A stretch of 64,000 bases of DNA from Mytilus californianus (Eukaryota), in the NCBI RefSeq assembly GCF_021869535.1, contig NW_026262701.1:43400001-43464000 (forward strand), read 5' to 3'. Under the pieces are notes generated by a model. That model saw only the letters and a list, made by a program, of their open reading frames with translations. It made no database searches and was not told the origin of the DNA. The position numbers were made by a program, and so were the translations under genes. Each line of letters begins with the position of its first letter. Positions within the stretch are counted from its first letter, which is position 1. Below are positions 11,672-24,496 of this stretch, in pieces.

Positions 11672-13958
11672 ACCAGACTCAAGCTGGCAGCCACTTTTAG
11701 CAGCCAATCAAGATAGCAGCCACTTTTTTCCAGCAGCCAATTTTGATGATATGTCTAAAAATTAAAAAACTGTATAAGACTCAAACGTTCCAAAAATCTC
11801 AAAATATTAGTTAAATATAATTTGACAGCGGAGTCCAACATTTTTACGGCTTGTCGTGATTCTAAAAAGATGACAGTCCGATTTAAATACCAATGGTGAC
11901 TGCAGGAACTTTTTTTCGGAGGACACTGTTTGTTTAATATAAAAAAAATGTACAATTTAAAATCGTGTTTTTCTTTCTTTTTCTCGTTTTTTTTATTCCT
12001 TATGACTAGGAGGTACAGAAACAATGTATGAATAGAAAATGAAAAAAAAACCAAAGTACAACTGCCATTGTTAACAATGGATTTAAGTAAGTTGTGAGGA
12101 ATCTTGTTATATATATATTTCCTTGAACTGAATAAAAAAGATGCAATGTACGACAGAAAAATTACATACATAATTTCCATACACTCGGCATCCTCAAAAA
12201 TCGAGTATTTCAGTTGAAACCATTTTCAATATCTATTGCTGTATATATGAAATGAAAACATTTCGATATACATGTAATGTTAATCTTTTTTTTAATGTGA
12301 ACAAGTATTTTCTATAAAAATACTACATGGACTAATTTGTACGGCATGCGAAATTACTGATAACTGAAATTTTACTTGTCAAATGTGCCAGTACAAATAA
12401 TTGATATATAACTAAATCTGTGGTAGCCAGACGGGACCGGATCCCAGAAAAATATTTAAGTGGCGAATAGTCTGAGTCAACACCTTTAAAATGAGCTAGG
12501 TCTGGTTTGGAACTTTGCAGTAGGGCCTTACCGAGGAGTACCGAAAGAATGTGTAGTTGATATAAAAAGTATGTTAAGGGGCAACTTTTAACCCCTGTGG
12601 TGGCCAGACGGGCCTGGATCCCAGAAAAATATTTAAGTGGTGAAAAGCCTTGGTCAATACCTTTGAAATGAGCTAGATCTGGTTCGGAACTTTGCCGTAG
12701 GGACTTGCCGAGGAGTACCGAATGAATGTGTAGTTGATGTGAAAAGTACGTTAAGGGGCAACTTTGAACCCCCGTGGTGGCCAGACGGGCCTGGATACCA
12801 GAAAAATATCTAAGAGAAGAATAGCCTGGGTCAACACCTTTTTCTGGGATCTGGGCCCGTCTGGGCACCACAGGGGTTCACAGTTGCCCCTTAACGTACT
12901 TTTCATATCAACTACACATTCTTTCGGTACTCCTCGGCAAGTCCCAACGGCAAAGTTCCCAACCAGACCTAGCTCATTTCAAAGGTGTTGACCGAGGCTA
13001 TTCGCCACTGAAATATTTTTTTGGGATCCGGGCACGTTTGGACATTGCAGGGGTTCAAAGTTGGCCCTTAACGTATTTTCCATACCAACCACACATTCGG
13101 TACTCTTCGGCATATCCCTACGGCAAAGTTCCGAACTAGACCTAGCTCATTCCAAAGGTGTTGACTGAGACTATTCGCCACTTAAATATTGTTCTGGGAT
13201 CATGGCCCGTCTGAACACCACAGATTTAGTTATATGTCAATTATTTGTACTGGCACATTTTACAAGGAAAATTTCAGTTAAATTAACATATTGGTAATTT
13301 CGCATGCCATACAAAATAGTCCACGTAGGATTTTTATAGAAAATACTTGTTCACATTAAAAGACAGATTCACATTACATGTATATCGAAATGTTTCTATT
13401 TCATATATACAGAAATAGATATTAAAAATGGTTTGAACTGAAATACTGGATATTTGAGGATGCTGAGTGTATGGAAAGCCTGTATGTAGTTTTTTCTGTC
13501 GTACAGTGCATCTTTTTTTATTCAGTTCAATGGAAATATATATAACACGATTCCTCACAACTTACCTAAATCAATTATTAACCATGATGGTAGTTGCACT
13601 TTGATTTTTTTTATTTTCTATTCCTACATTGTTTCTGTACCTCCTAATCAAAAGGAATTAAAAAACGAGAAAAAGAACGAAAAACGATTTTAAATAGTCC
13701 TCCAAAAATAAAAGGGCTGCTAGCATCATTGGTATATAAAACGGATTGTCATCTTTTGAGAATCACGACAAGACGTGAAATGTCGAATTCCGCTGTCAAA
13801 GGAGGTGCGTTTATATTTAACTAAGATTTTGAGATTTTTGGAACGTTTGAGTCTTATACAGTTTTTGGTTTTTAGAAATATCATTAAAATTGGTTGCTGG
13901 AAAAAAGTGGCTGCTATCTTGATTGGCTGCTAAAAGTGGCTGCCAGCTTGAGTCTGGT
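11672..13958. mobile_element. Foldback-like element: 2.3-kb palindrome with arms of about 1.15 kb and inner 177-bp tandem arrays
   Basis: ACCAGACTCAAGCTGGCAGCCAC ... GTGGCTGCCAGCTTGAGTCTGGT. Inverted homology runs inward to the junction at about 12840. CCAGACGGG recurs at 12427, 12604 and 12781 and is mirrored on the right arm. Confidence 0.9.
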
Positions 13959-14419
13959 CAATATAATACATGGTATAGTTAGTTGTCTTTATGATTAAAA
14001 CTCAATACAACGGATTTTTCCGTCAGGTCTGCTGTCAGACATATGATGCATTAATTTTGATCAACAACGGCTAATGCAAATTAAGTATTTGCTATAACTA
14101 AAATTTAAGAAGAAGCATGCATGGATACATGACAAGTGTATTTCATTCAAAATTTAACTAAACCTATTGCAAATCTAAAACTAGTTTGTAAGGTCTCAAT
14201 CATGATACCAACGATATACGGCTTCTGTTTTTTTTCTTGGTAAGAATGAGTTTAAGTTTCAACACATTCGTGATTCAAATTAATACAATTTACATAACTT
14301 TCTACACACGCTTCTTAATACAACGCAAAGTAAACAGAATAGTAAATACACAATTACGTATTTAATATAGATATAAAAATACCGTAATAGTTTGATACGT
14401 TTGGAGGAAATGTTTTTAA

Positions 14420-14532
14420 ACAATCACTAGGCATTCACATGGGAACCAACTGTGCTCCTCTTCTTGCCGACTTGTTCCTTTATTCATATGAGGCTGACTT
14501 CACACAGGAACTTCTTAGGAAGAAAGAAAGAT
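14420..14532 (+). mobile_element. Penelope-like RT fragment (second subfamily)
   Basis: GIHMGTNCAPLLADLFLYSYEADFTQELLRKKE. Confidence 0.8.
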
Positions 14533-14729
14533 TTGGTCTCATAGTCAATGAAATGTTTGCCACTGGACGTTAAGAAACTAACACTCAATCAATCAATATG
14601 ATTGTCAAAGAGACAAATTTCCACTTAGGATCACATCACATAGGATTTAGCAACTCTAGGTCACAGTACACCCTTCAACAAACATCATAACACAGCAAAT
14701 TATAAGGGCCAATCAAATTTCAAACGTCT

Positions 14730-14905
14730 ATTTACCTTAGCAAAACTTTTCGGAATTTTTTTTATCCTTAGTGCTCTTCAACTTTGTACTTTATTTGGCT
14801 TTCTATCTATTTTTTATGTGTCGAGCGTGACTGATGAGTCTTTTGTAGATGAAACGGGTGTATGGTGTGCAAAGTTTTAGCCTGATGTTCTTTATGATTA
14901 TTTTG
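14730..14905 (+). repeat. Retrozyme/PLE pLTR-like repeat carrying a degenerate type I hammerhead ribozyme
   Basis: CTGATGA (14831-37) GTCT-TTTGT-AGAT GAAA (14851-54) C-GGGT-G TA, then TGGTGT as the putative stem I partner of upstream GCGTGA. Confidence 0.65.
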
Positions 14906-15227
14906 CAATTAAATAGAAAAAAAAATTCTATAACATTGTGTGATCATGCGGAAAATTTACATTATCAAAAATTGATATTAGAGTCAATTAGTGTAGGAAA
15001 CCGGTATATTTAATTCTTTGAACAGATAAGAGACTGATTTATTATTAAAAAACAGCAAACCTTATACATGATTTCACGTTTCAGAATAGCGTAAATGGGG
15101 ATCATCGCAAGACTATTTATTTCAAAGCGCATATCAATAGACATTAAAACAATATATTTTCAAATTTCTCGAGTGTCTCATCTGGATAAATAAACAGACT
15201 GTTTCAGAATCTTTCATTCATTTTCAG

Positions 15228-15524
15228 ATAAATCAGATCCACCGAAAGATGTCCGAGTAGACGTAATTGGTAATACAACTAACATTTCATGGATAATTCC
15301 TACTAACCAAGGGATAACTTGGTCTCGGATTTATCTCTACAATTCAAAGGAAGGCGGTGTGGATTTAGATTTAGAAAACGAACGTTATCATACAGATTTA
15401 AGATATCCAACTTCTAGTTTTGAGATTGCCTATTTAAAGATGTGTCATGAATATAATGTCAAAATTTATTTCTTACATAAATTTCAAAATTCAGAAGTCA
15501 CCACACGAACGTTTCGGATAATAC
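15228..15524 (+). CDS. Receptor gene exon: fibronectin type III domain
   Basis: TTTTCAG| ... |GTGAGT, 297 bp, phase 1-1, no stops: KSDPPKDVRVDVIGNTTNISWIIPTNQGITWSRIYLY...TSSFEIAYLKMCHEYNVKIYF...TRTFRII. FN3 Pro/Trp/Leu/Tyr pattern. Confidence 0.82.
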
Positions 15525-16129
15525 GTGAGTTGATTTTTTTCTTAAGAATTTCATAACTTGGCATTGCACAAGGTCATGTATTGAGATGATGCATTATTTT
15601 TATTTTAAATTATCAGATTTTTGCCAACAATTCTTTGATAGTTTCTGCGTGTATTAATAATACTTGGAATATTTATAATCTACAGTGGAATCGTACAATA
15701 TATGGTTGTAAGACTAAATTGTGATCCTATTGAAATGTTTAGATTCGTACTAAATCATACTATAAAAATAAGAAGATGTGGTATGATTGTCAATGAAACA
15801 AATGACATAGAATAAAACAACTATAGGTCACCGTAAGGCCTTCAACAATGAGCAAAAGCCCATACCGCATAGTCAGCTATAAATCGCACTGAAATGACAA
15901 ATGTAAAACAATTCAAAAGAGAAAACTAACGCCTGATTTATGTAAAAAACAATGAACGAAAAACAAATCTTATATGCAGCAACAAAACGACAACCAGTGA
16001 ATTACAGGCTCCTGACTTGGAACGGGCACATACAGAATGTGGCGGTGGTAAAACGAGTTTGCTGGCGCCAAACCCTTCCCTTACCAGGGACAGTTGTGTA
16101 AAAGTACAAAATAAGAACAAACTATATAA

Positions 16130-18300
16130 ATCGGCGGAAAAGAACTTAGTCCATCAGATTGATACAAAGATGAAAAACAAGTAACAAAAACATAGACCGG
16201 ACGTGGCAGGGTATTTATACATCCCAATAACAATAAAGATACTAAGAACAGATCTGAGAGTACTCGCAGTTACTGACAACTAGTTCAAAGCCAATAACAA
16301 CTTATAAAAACATAATTCATCTAAGACTAAAATACCAATCATTTAACATCCAACATCAGGTGAATTTAGTGTAAAGCCGTCATAAACAGTCAGAGAAAAC
16401 ATGACCTTGTGCAATGCCAAGATACAGATTTCGACAGGTTGTAGAACCGTGAATGTGCATATGTATATTACAATAATTTTTAGCTTGGTTTTAATTTACT
16501 AATATAAAAAAATCAATATTAAATCCAATAAAAACAATATTGAAAGATCTATTACACTGTTGAATTGGTAACCTTTTTGAATAAGTTTTTTAAAGGATCG
16601 ATAAGTTTACCCGAATCGTATCTTAATTTCCGGGATTGGTAAACACATCTCCGTAAAATAAGGATGTGTTATCCCGTTTGTTAGAAATTTCTACAGGTAC
16701 AGCCAAACTGTCAAACCAAATATGTGTATCTATAAAAGAACTTAGTAAAAGTTTTAGGTAATTTGTGTTAACGAAATCCCCGACTTAATAATTCACCAGT
16801 TATACATAGATAAAGTTAATTGAAATCGAAAACATCACTACAGACACGGACATAGCGAACGAGTTGTGATATATAAATACCGTAAGATGGTGCCATAGGA
16901 ACATCACCGCCCAAAAAAGGAAAATTAACAATAGGGAACTAAAAATCTTACCTTTTGTCGTAACTTTTTGTGAAGAGTTTCACGTGTAAAACTGAAATGT
17001 CTAGGAAAGGACATTTGTTACCGTTTATATTTGATTTATTCAATGTAAGTTCCTTCGGGTAAATTTCGATATTAAATTCAGAAAATACGTGATTATTTAA
17101 CGAAAAAATATCATCAAGTAAACGGTATGTGGTGTTGGATTTATCAATTAAATGCAATTAAGACGGGTCTTTACTGAGTTTGGCCAGAAACAAGTCTGCT
17201 ATTAAAGGAGCGCCATTGGTGCCCATAGGAATACCAACAACCTATCGATAAACTGTATTGCCGAAACGTACATTAATGTTGTCAAAGCGAAAATTTAACA
17301 GCTTCAATCATTTCATCACACCTCCAGTATTTACCTTTCTCATATATAGAAGAAGGCTTTAAATGAGTTGAGCAAATATATCTGTAATCAGATTGTTCAA
17401 ACGAAAATTTAATTAAAAACTAATGTTTGATAAGATGGTGCTACATTTGTAAAGTGGAGCATTAAGAATTGAAAGGTAAAAACTGTCATTAGAAGCAAAT
17501 AACCACCCAATGCACGTAATTTATTTATTTAATTTAATGTTCAGAAAAGGCCGTAAGCTGTGATGTGGTTATTCTATGATTGTTTACTATATGACTCTTT
17601 GTTGAGCGCACGGACCTGAACGTAGAAGAATTGATAATGCTATTCCTAAAAACGTCCGTGTAGTATTTACGTCATAGTACCACCACATTGTTGGCTGTTT
17701 TGTCAGTCGGTATAAGCATAAACTGCATTGCACATGTTTCCAGTACTTAAAGTGTGTTTCTCATTCTAGTAGGCGTATTATGGTCTCTTTAATTTATTTC
17801 TAAATTATTTTCAAAATGTAATATTCGAATATCCACAACATTCAAACATTTATTTAAATAAGAATCAAGAGATTTTTGTATCAGATTTTTCTTATTTACA
17901 CCAATTTTTACAATACGATGAAAGAGCCTCTTTTATGATTTGACAACACTGTTTCCAATCTATTTTAGATGATGAACGATATTTTGGTCCTTTTTTCAAC
18001 AGTTTTTGACCCCTTGGTCTTGAACGATATTGAGGTCCCCTGTAATAACATGCATGGCCATAGGGATCATGTCTAAAATTCGACGATTCGTAGTCTCAAA
18101 TTATTTTCTACACTGACGTCTGATGTTACTGACATAGAATTAAAGATTAAACGTCTGCCGATGTTTTTTGTATGTATACGAATGAATAGGTGGTTCTGTG
18201 TAATCAATACAGGGAGGTATATTTTTATCAGATTTTTCCCGTTTATATCAATTTTTACAATACGATGAAAAGGCGTCCTTTATAGAATAAAAGAATAACA
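16130..18300 (-). mobile_element. Degenerate Penelope-like retroelement (RT region plus 3' tail)
   Basis: GPQYR, TFQFLMLHFTN (cf. TFDFSTLYT), GIPMGTNGAPLIADLFLA, YRLLDDIFSLNN, PFLDIS, FPIVNFPFLGGDVPMAPSYGIYISQL. Many stops and frameshifts. Confidence 0.85.
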
Positions 18301-19797
18301 AAAATATTATATACTGTAATCTTGAAATAATACAATATGAATGGACATGTCAAGGTAAACATAACCACTGTTTGTCAAAAACTTGCTTGAGAGCTAATGA
18401 AATACTTCTTAGTCTTTAACTTTAATACAAGGATACAGATCAAACATTCTTATACATAGATTTGATACCTCAAATTAACATTAAAAGAAGCAGTTTTAAT
18501 GAAAATAATACGTTCCTTTATCAAACATCGTTCCCAATATCCCAGTTGCGTATAGTGCAGTCGAAGTCTTACAGAATGTTATCCGACTGTACCTAATCAG
18601 AAATATGACAGTTGGTTTGTTTATATAGTCGAACTTTTGGTTTTTTGCGGTTTTATTAATGCCCCCTTTTTTTAATTAACCGTTGCGATTCGTAGTTTTT
18701 TTTAACACTTTCTAGTACAGTGAGCATGATTCAAGTTTGTATGGTATAGGACTTCTTGGATGACATGTAGTTTAGAGCACATGACTGCGAATGCTATTTT
18801 ATCAATCAAAGAGGGTAATTTGTATTTGATTTCTATGTATAAGATATCTACTTGGACATTTATTTCAAGCATATTTGTCTAATTCCGCGCCATTTTTATT
18901 TATCAATTTCATATCTACATGATATCTTGATAATAATCAACGTGTTTATGCTCTTGTCCATCCAGCTAATTACCTCTTTGTTTAACATGTATTTCGATAT
19001 CAAGTTTTCTATCTTGCAACAAACCTTCTTAGCATATTTAGTCTACATAACTGGTATAAGAACTAATTTTACAAGTCATGTTCTCTCAAACTGATCTTGT
19101 TTTATGTTGGGTTATAACATTACGGACCAAGGTTAGGCAAGGATTAATCGTTTATCAACCCTTTAATCCTGTTACATTTTGTGTATGCATATCCAACCCA
19201 GGACCCGGCTAAAAACTGGTTGTCGTTGATTATATTTACTGTCTGTAATATTTGGTTTCGTCTACGGTATGGTTTTTGCCAATTGTATTGTCCGTATTGT
19301 TAGCAGTTTGTTTTCCACATCACCACTCCTTATTATAAACACGTGCTTCATTGGCTTTCATAGCGTATATAAGAATTGAGAAATTTGTGTAAAGTTATAT
19401 AGTCGGCCATTTTATTGCCTTGCAGAAATGATAAATATGAATGTTTGATATACCTTTGGTATATGCAACTAATCTGAGTTAATTTACAGTGTTGCTTAGT
19501 CTTTAGTTCTATGTTGTGTCATCTGTACTATTGTTTGTCTGTTTGTCTTTTTATTTTTGGCCATGGCGTTGTCAGTTTGTTTTCGATCTATGAGTTTGAC
19601 TGTCCCTCTGGTATCTTTCGTCCCTCTTTTACAGATGTATATGGACTAAATAATGATGAGTATGAATAATAACAATGAAATTTCCTTTAACCATCTTTCA
19701 TAGGTAATGTTTTTAGATACCAATCATATAAATTTGAATAAAGTAAGAAGAAAAACACCTTACTTAAAGGAAGTCTCTTAAGATATTTTTATTATAG

Positions 19798-19854
19798 GAA
19801 AGAATGGAGATTTACATATAACAATGGTTTACCTTTCTTATGAACAGTTTATTC
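19798..19854 (+). CDS. Possible linker micro-exon of receptor gene (KNGDLHITMVYLSYEQFI)
   Basis: TATTATAG| ... C|GTACGA, 57 bp, phase 1-1, open frame. No domain support. Confidence 0.3.
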
Positions 19855-20619
19855 GTACGAAACCTTGTATCTTAAACGATAACATATTTTAAACAAATTT
19901 CGATAGGATGGACACAACTTACTGCCTTTATAATTATTTAGACCAGACTTTATATTCATTCATATAAAAAATATTAGGTACCTTTTGCATAATGATACGT
20001 CCTTTATTCCTCGAGTTATACAAGGAAATATGTTTAACAATGTACAACAGTTAAAGGACCTACTTTGTTAACATGTATAAAAGGTTATACAACTTACTTG
20101 TTTCTAGAAAATTATAAGAATTGTTCTGACATTGCAATTTTATAAATGGATATGCAAAATTAAAAAACGTTTAATTTTTGCAAAGAATTAAGATAAATAT
20201 CTCAACTTCATAGCATGAATAGTAGAGTTATGACTGACAGTCTATTTTACTGCAACATTTCAATAATATTTCATTCTAAATTGAGGTACTTTAATGCGTA
20301 TTCCTAAAATTGATGAATAAACATAACTTCTGAATGTTTATGATAGTTTAAACTTCTGGTAATTTCTACAAAACTGTACTGTTTAATATGAAAAAATATA
20401 GAGAGCAAGTTTATTGCTTATAAGAAACGTCTTTGAAATTTTTGTTTCTATTATGTTATTTTATTGAGACTGAACACTTTATAATAGCCTGAGTCCTTCA
20501 TTTCAGGTATAGGTGAAAATTTAACTAAATATAACACACATGTCATTATTTTCTTTATATCAGCTATAAAACTTATCAAAATTAAGAAAAAATCTACCCT
20601 TAATGACATTTTTTGTTAG

Positions 20620-20673
20620 TGGGGCAGGATACTATTACTGATCAAGAAAACCAGAGATACCCAATGAATTTTT
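20620..20673 (+). CDS. Probable linker micro-exon of receptor gene (GQDTITDQENQRYPMNF)
   Basis: TTTTTTGTTAG| ... T|GTAAGG, 54 bp, phase 1-1, open frame. Confidence 0.5.
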
Positions 20674-22265
20674 GTAAGGCTAATGTTGGTCATTCCTTGA
20701 TTTTTTGTAGAGATTTGGGGACTGTTGTTTGTATTTTTGTTAGTTTTCAATTTTATTATTTTTTCTCTTTTTTTCTTCAACTCAATATCCCACATGGTTT
20801 CATTTTGTCACACTGGAATCTCCTGCAATATTCTTTATTTACGTTTTTGCACTGTGATCATCATTATTCATTGGCAATTTCTCATCGAAAATCCACAAAA
20901 CTCTCTTATTGTAGATAACAGTATTGAGGGTAATTTTATGATATACCATGATACGCTATGAGCTTCCAATGTTTTCAAAAATCACTTTATTATTCAGAAG
21001 ATAGAACATGTAATATTGATGACATCTTGAAAAATGAGAAGTTGTCTGTAGCTGATATCTGTCCCTTCAATTGACTGATATTGTACAACACAAATATAAG
21101 ACAACCGGTTACAGCAGACAGATGACATATTTTAAAATGATATATCATATAGCATGTATGTTAATTTCAAGGATAAGGACATTGTGTGCCTTATTTACTG
21201 CACGCAAGGAAAAGAAAAACAAAGGAATATCAAAAATCATAAATGCAATACAAATAAAGACAAAACAATTTTCAAAAATAAAACAATACACTGAAAACTG
21301 AAGATTTAGCAAAACCAACCATAACCAACACAGGAGGTACTCGAAATAAAAATGTCTTCATATTTTGGTCTTAGATATGTCGCTTTGGCCGACAACATCT
21401 CTTTTAACAAGTAAAACTGATAAAAAACACACAATTCAACTCTTCAACCCGCCTCACCGTATATTTACGAATAGAAACCATGTGAATATACAATAAAGCA
21501 TTCAATATGAAAAATGCTTTTATAGTGAGCAAGATAGGATCTCCAAAAATTTACAGCGATCATTTGCACATCAATAAGAGAGTGGTACAGCTCGATTTGT
21601 CTTCAACAACTGAAGAAAAAAATCGCATAATATTTACATGATTGTTTTTATTTTGTTATATTATTTTCATAACTTAACCCGAGATAAAAGAAGTGCTCTA
21701 TAATAGAACGTCTTAAAGAATAATGTACATCCATGCATTTCTGGATATACATTTTAATGTGCATTGTGTCAGTTCATTTAAACAAAACATTGTTAAGGCA
21801 CGTATGAGGAACACATATACTCTTCAACTTCGACAACACATATTTCACAAAGAATGGTTAACCAATGAGCACGAGACTCTGAAATGTCGATTATTTCATG
21901 TTAAATGCAAATAATACGATGAAGTTCAATAGTGATTTTCCCGTTTTATTTTATCAATATACTTGTTATTACTGTATTACCAATGACGAAAAAATGCAAA
22001 CCTATTTCACATGTGTTACTGAATAAACATTATTTTTTCATTTAATGAAAATGGTAAAAAGCAACTACTTAAAGGATAATGCTACATAAGTTCTAACCTT
22101 ATTAGTTTAAAAATGATTCTGAATGCATGTTTAAAAACAAAATAAAACATAATGCAACAATTACACGGACAACGACAAAGGACTTGGTAGAGGTTTCCTC
22201 ATAGTAACCTATTTTGCCCGAAATTCCATAATGAATGAAAATTTATTTGTTCATTGATGTTTTAG

Positions 22266-22538
22266 CTACACCGAGTTTAACATTTCGTCCTGAGCATCCG
22301 TTTGTCGGCAATGATATCACCTTCACCTGTAATCCAGTGGTACATTGGTGTCCAGGCGACACACTTACAGATATGTCATATAAGTTTTTGGGGTACCAAA
22401 GAGGCGATACTGACAATAATACGTTAACGATACATGCACTTGCTAAGTCGGATAAAGGAATAAACATATCCTGTCAGGCGACTGATGACCTTGGAAAAGT
22501 CTTTTACCTGAGTAATACGGTAACATTAGATCCGTACT
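22266..22538 (+). CDS. Receptor gene exon: Ig-like domain 1
   Basis: TTTTAG| ... T|GTAAGT, 273 bp, phase 1-1: TPSLTFRPEHPFVGNDITFTC...NTLTIHALAKSDKGINISCQATD...SNTVTLDPY. Confidence 0.88.
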
Positions 22539-22778
22539 GTAAGTTTTTTTAGTTTTAAGTAAAACAAAATCAATATAAACATGACATGATTAAAGCTATT
22601 ATTATCCCTTATTTAAAGAATATGTCGTTTTCCTTCAATCATAAATGTTGCAAGTATTGAAACGCGCATGTGTAAATAATATATATCGATAAAGTTTTTT
22701 TGGTAACAAATATAATTCTTAACAAAATACATGATGATATTGATTAATTGTTGCGTGATTGACGTCCAGGAACAGTTA

Positions 22779-22965
22779 CTGTAAACCAACTATTTTTCGC
22801 AGGCGATTTATTTTCGCGACCTTCGCGAGAAGAAAAATAACGCGAATATAAATCTTTGCGAAAATTTAAAACCTTGATCTTTCCTTGTCCTACTACATCA
22901 AGTAAATTTGAAAATCGCAAAATTAAATCGCCACGAATTGGGATAGAAAATAAGTTGGTTTACAG
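22779..22965. mobile_element. Tc1/mariner-like MITE (TA TSD) inserted in a SINE tail
   Basis: TA|CTGTAAACCAACT ... AGTTGGTTTACAG|TA. Confidence 0.8.
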
Positions 22966-24496
22966 TATTTCATGTAGATCAAGTATACATACTTGCAAAA
23001 TATATCATTATATTAAAGTGTAAATGAGATTGCAATATTAATATTATTGTATAAGTGTTCATTGTACACATTTTCCATCGTTGCAATTTTGAAAAAAACA
23101 AATAAAGAATAATGCATTACAATAACCATTAAATTCACAAAACATTGTTTTGAGGGTTCAAAAACCTTAATCAATCGCTTACACCAGGCTCATCCTAAAA
23201 AACAGATGCACAAACAAAACAAACAACAACAAAATCACATTGTCCAGATAGCCTTACTTGGTACAGTCACAAAGTGGGTATTGATGAGGTGTAGTACCTT
23301 GCTTATTGTCGCAAACTTCACAAAATAACGATAGAATGGCATTTAATATGCCTCTTAATTTCATTTTAAAATTTACATCAGAGTTATCGAATTGTACATT
23401 ATTTATTTTAGTGTAATTGGGATATGTAAAATTCCTTCTTTTCCAATTATAAAGCACAATAATTGAATCATATATTAATAAAAATGTAAACCGTTCCTCC
23501 CGAAACCAAAGTTTTAGGATTGGGTATACTCTGAAAAAACTATTTGATTCAGAATGTCTTGAAATAATAATACAGAAAGGAATAGTGATCATTTGAAATG
23601 CGTATACACAATACTGTTTAAAAAGTACTTCTTGTTCCTATAAAAACAAGAAGATTTGGTATGATTGCCAATGAGACAACTCTCAGAAAGAGACTGTATG
23701 TTATAGAAACAAATAGAAAACCCATGCCCCTAACCAAATATGAATAGTCGTTGCCACTTAGGTCCGAATCATCTCTCGTCTACACTGTTTGATTATATAG
23801 ATATAAGAAGATGCGGTATGAGTGCCAATTAGACAACTCTCCATCCAAGTCACAATTAGTAAAAGGTAAACCATAATAGGTCAAAATACGGCCTTCAACA
23901 CGGAGCCTTGGCTTAAACCGAACAGCAAGCTTTAAAGGGACCCAAAAAATGACTAGTGTAAAACCATTCAAACCTAACTAACGGTGTAATCTATATAAAA
24001 AATGAGAAACAAGAAACACTTATGAGCCACATCAACAAACGACAACCACTGACCATCAGGTTCCTGAGTTAGGACAGGTGCAAACACATGCAGCGGGTTT
24101 AAACGTTTCAACAGGGGCCTACCTTCATACTAACCTGGAGTTGTGGTGTAACAATACAATATAGAAAGACACAAAATAAAATATCAATTGAAATGGCTTA
24201 ACTCAATCAAAAACGCATATTAACAAAAACAAGTAAACATACACTGAACGAATAAATTTGATCTAATACACAATATAAATACAATATTAATAAAAAAAAG
24301 GGGGGAGATGTATGCTTGTTTAGGCAATCTGTACTCGTCATTGTTACGATTAGTAATCATTTGTTCATGGTCATGGTTTTGTCTATTCGTTGATTTGTAC
24401 ATTTTTATTCTATCCAAATAGTTAACTAAAAAAAGTTTTGATTGTTTGTTTATTTATGTCTGTACTACTTTCGATGTTGTATTTCAATTTGTTTAG

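Noticed and set aside
11755-12180. 141-aa ORF and similar F/I/K/L-rich ORFs throughout (e.g. 5526, 6779, 23254, 40096, 51598, 57156)
   Set aside because: Low-complexity translations of AT-rich or TE DNA, with no domain motifs or consistent splice structure.
11665-13965. Target-site duplication for the palindromic element
   Set aside because: Only a 2-bp CA/CA match, which is expected by chance; not used for classification.
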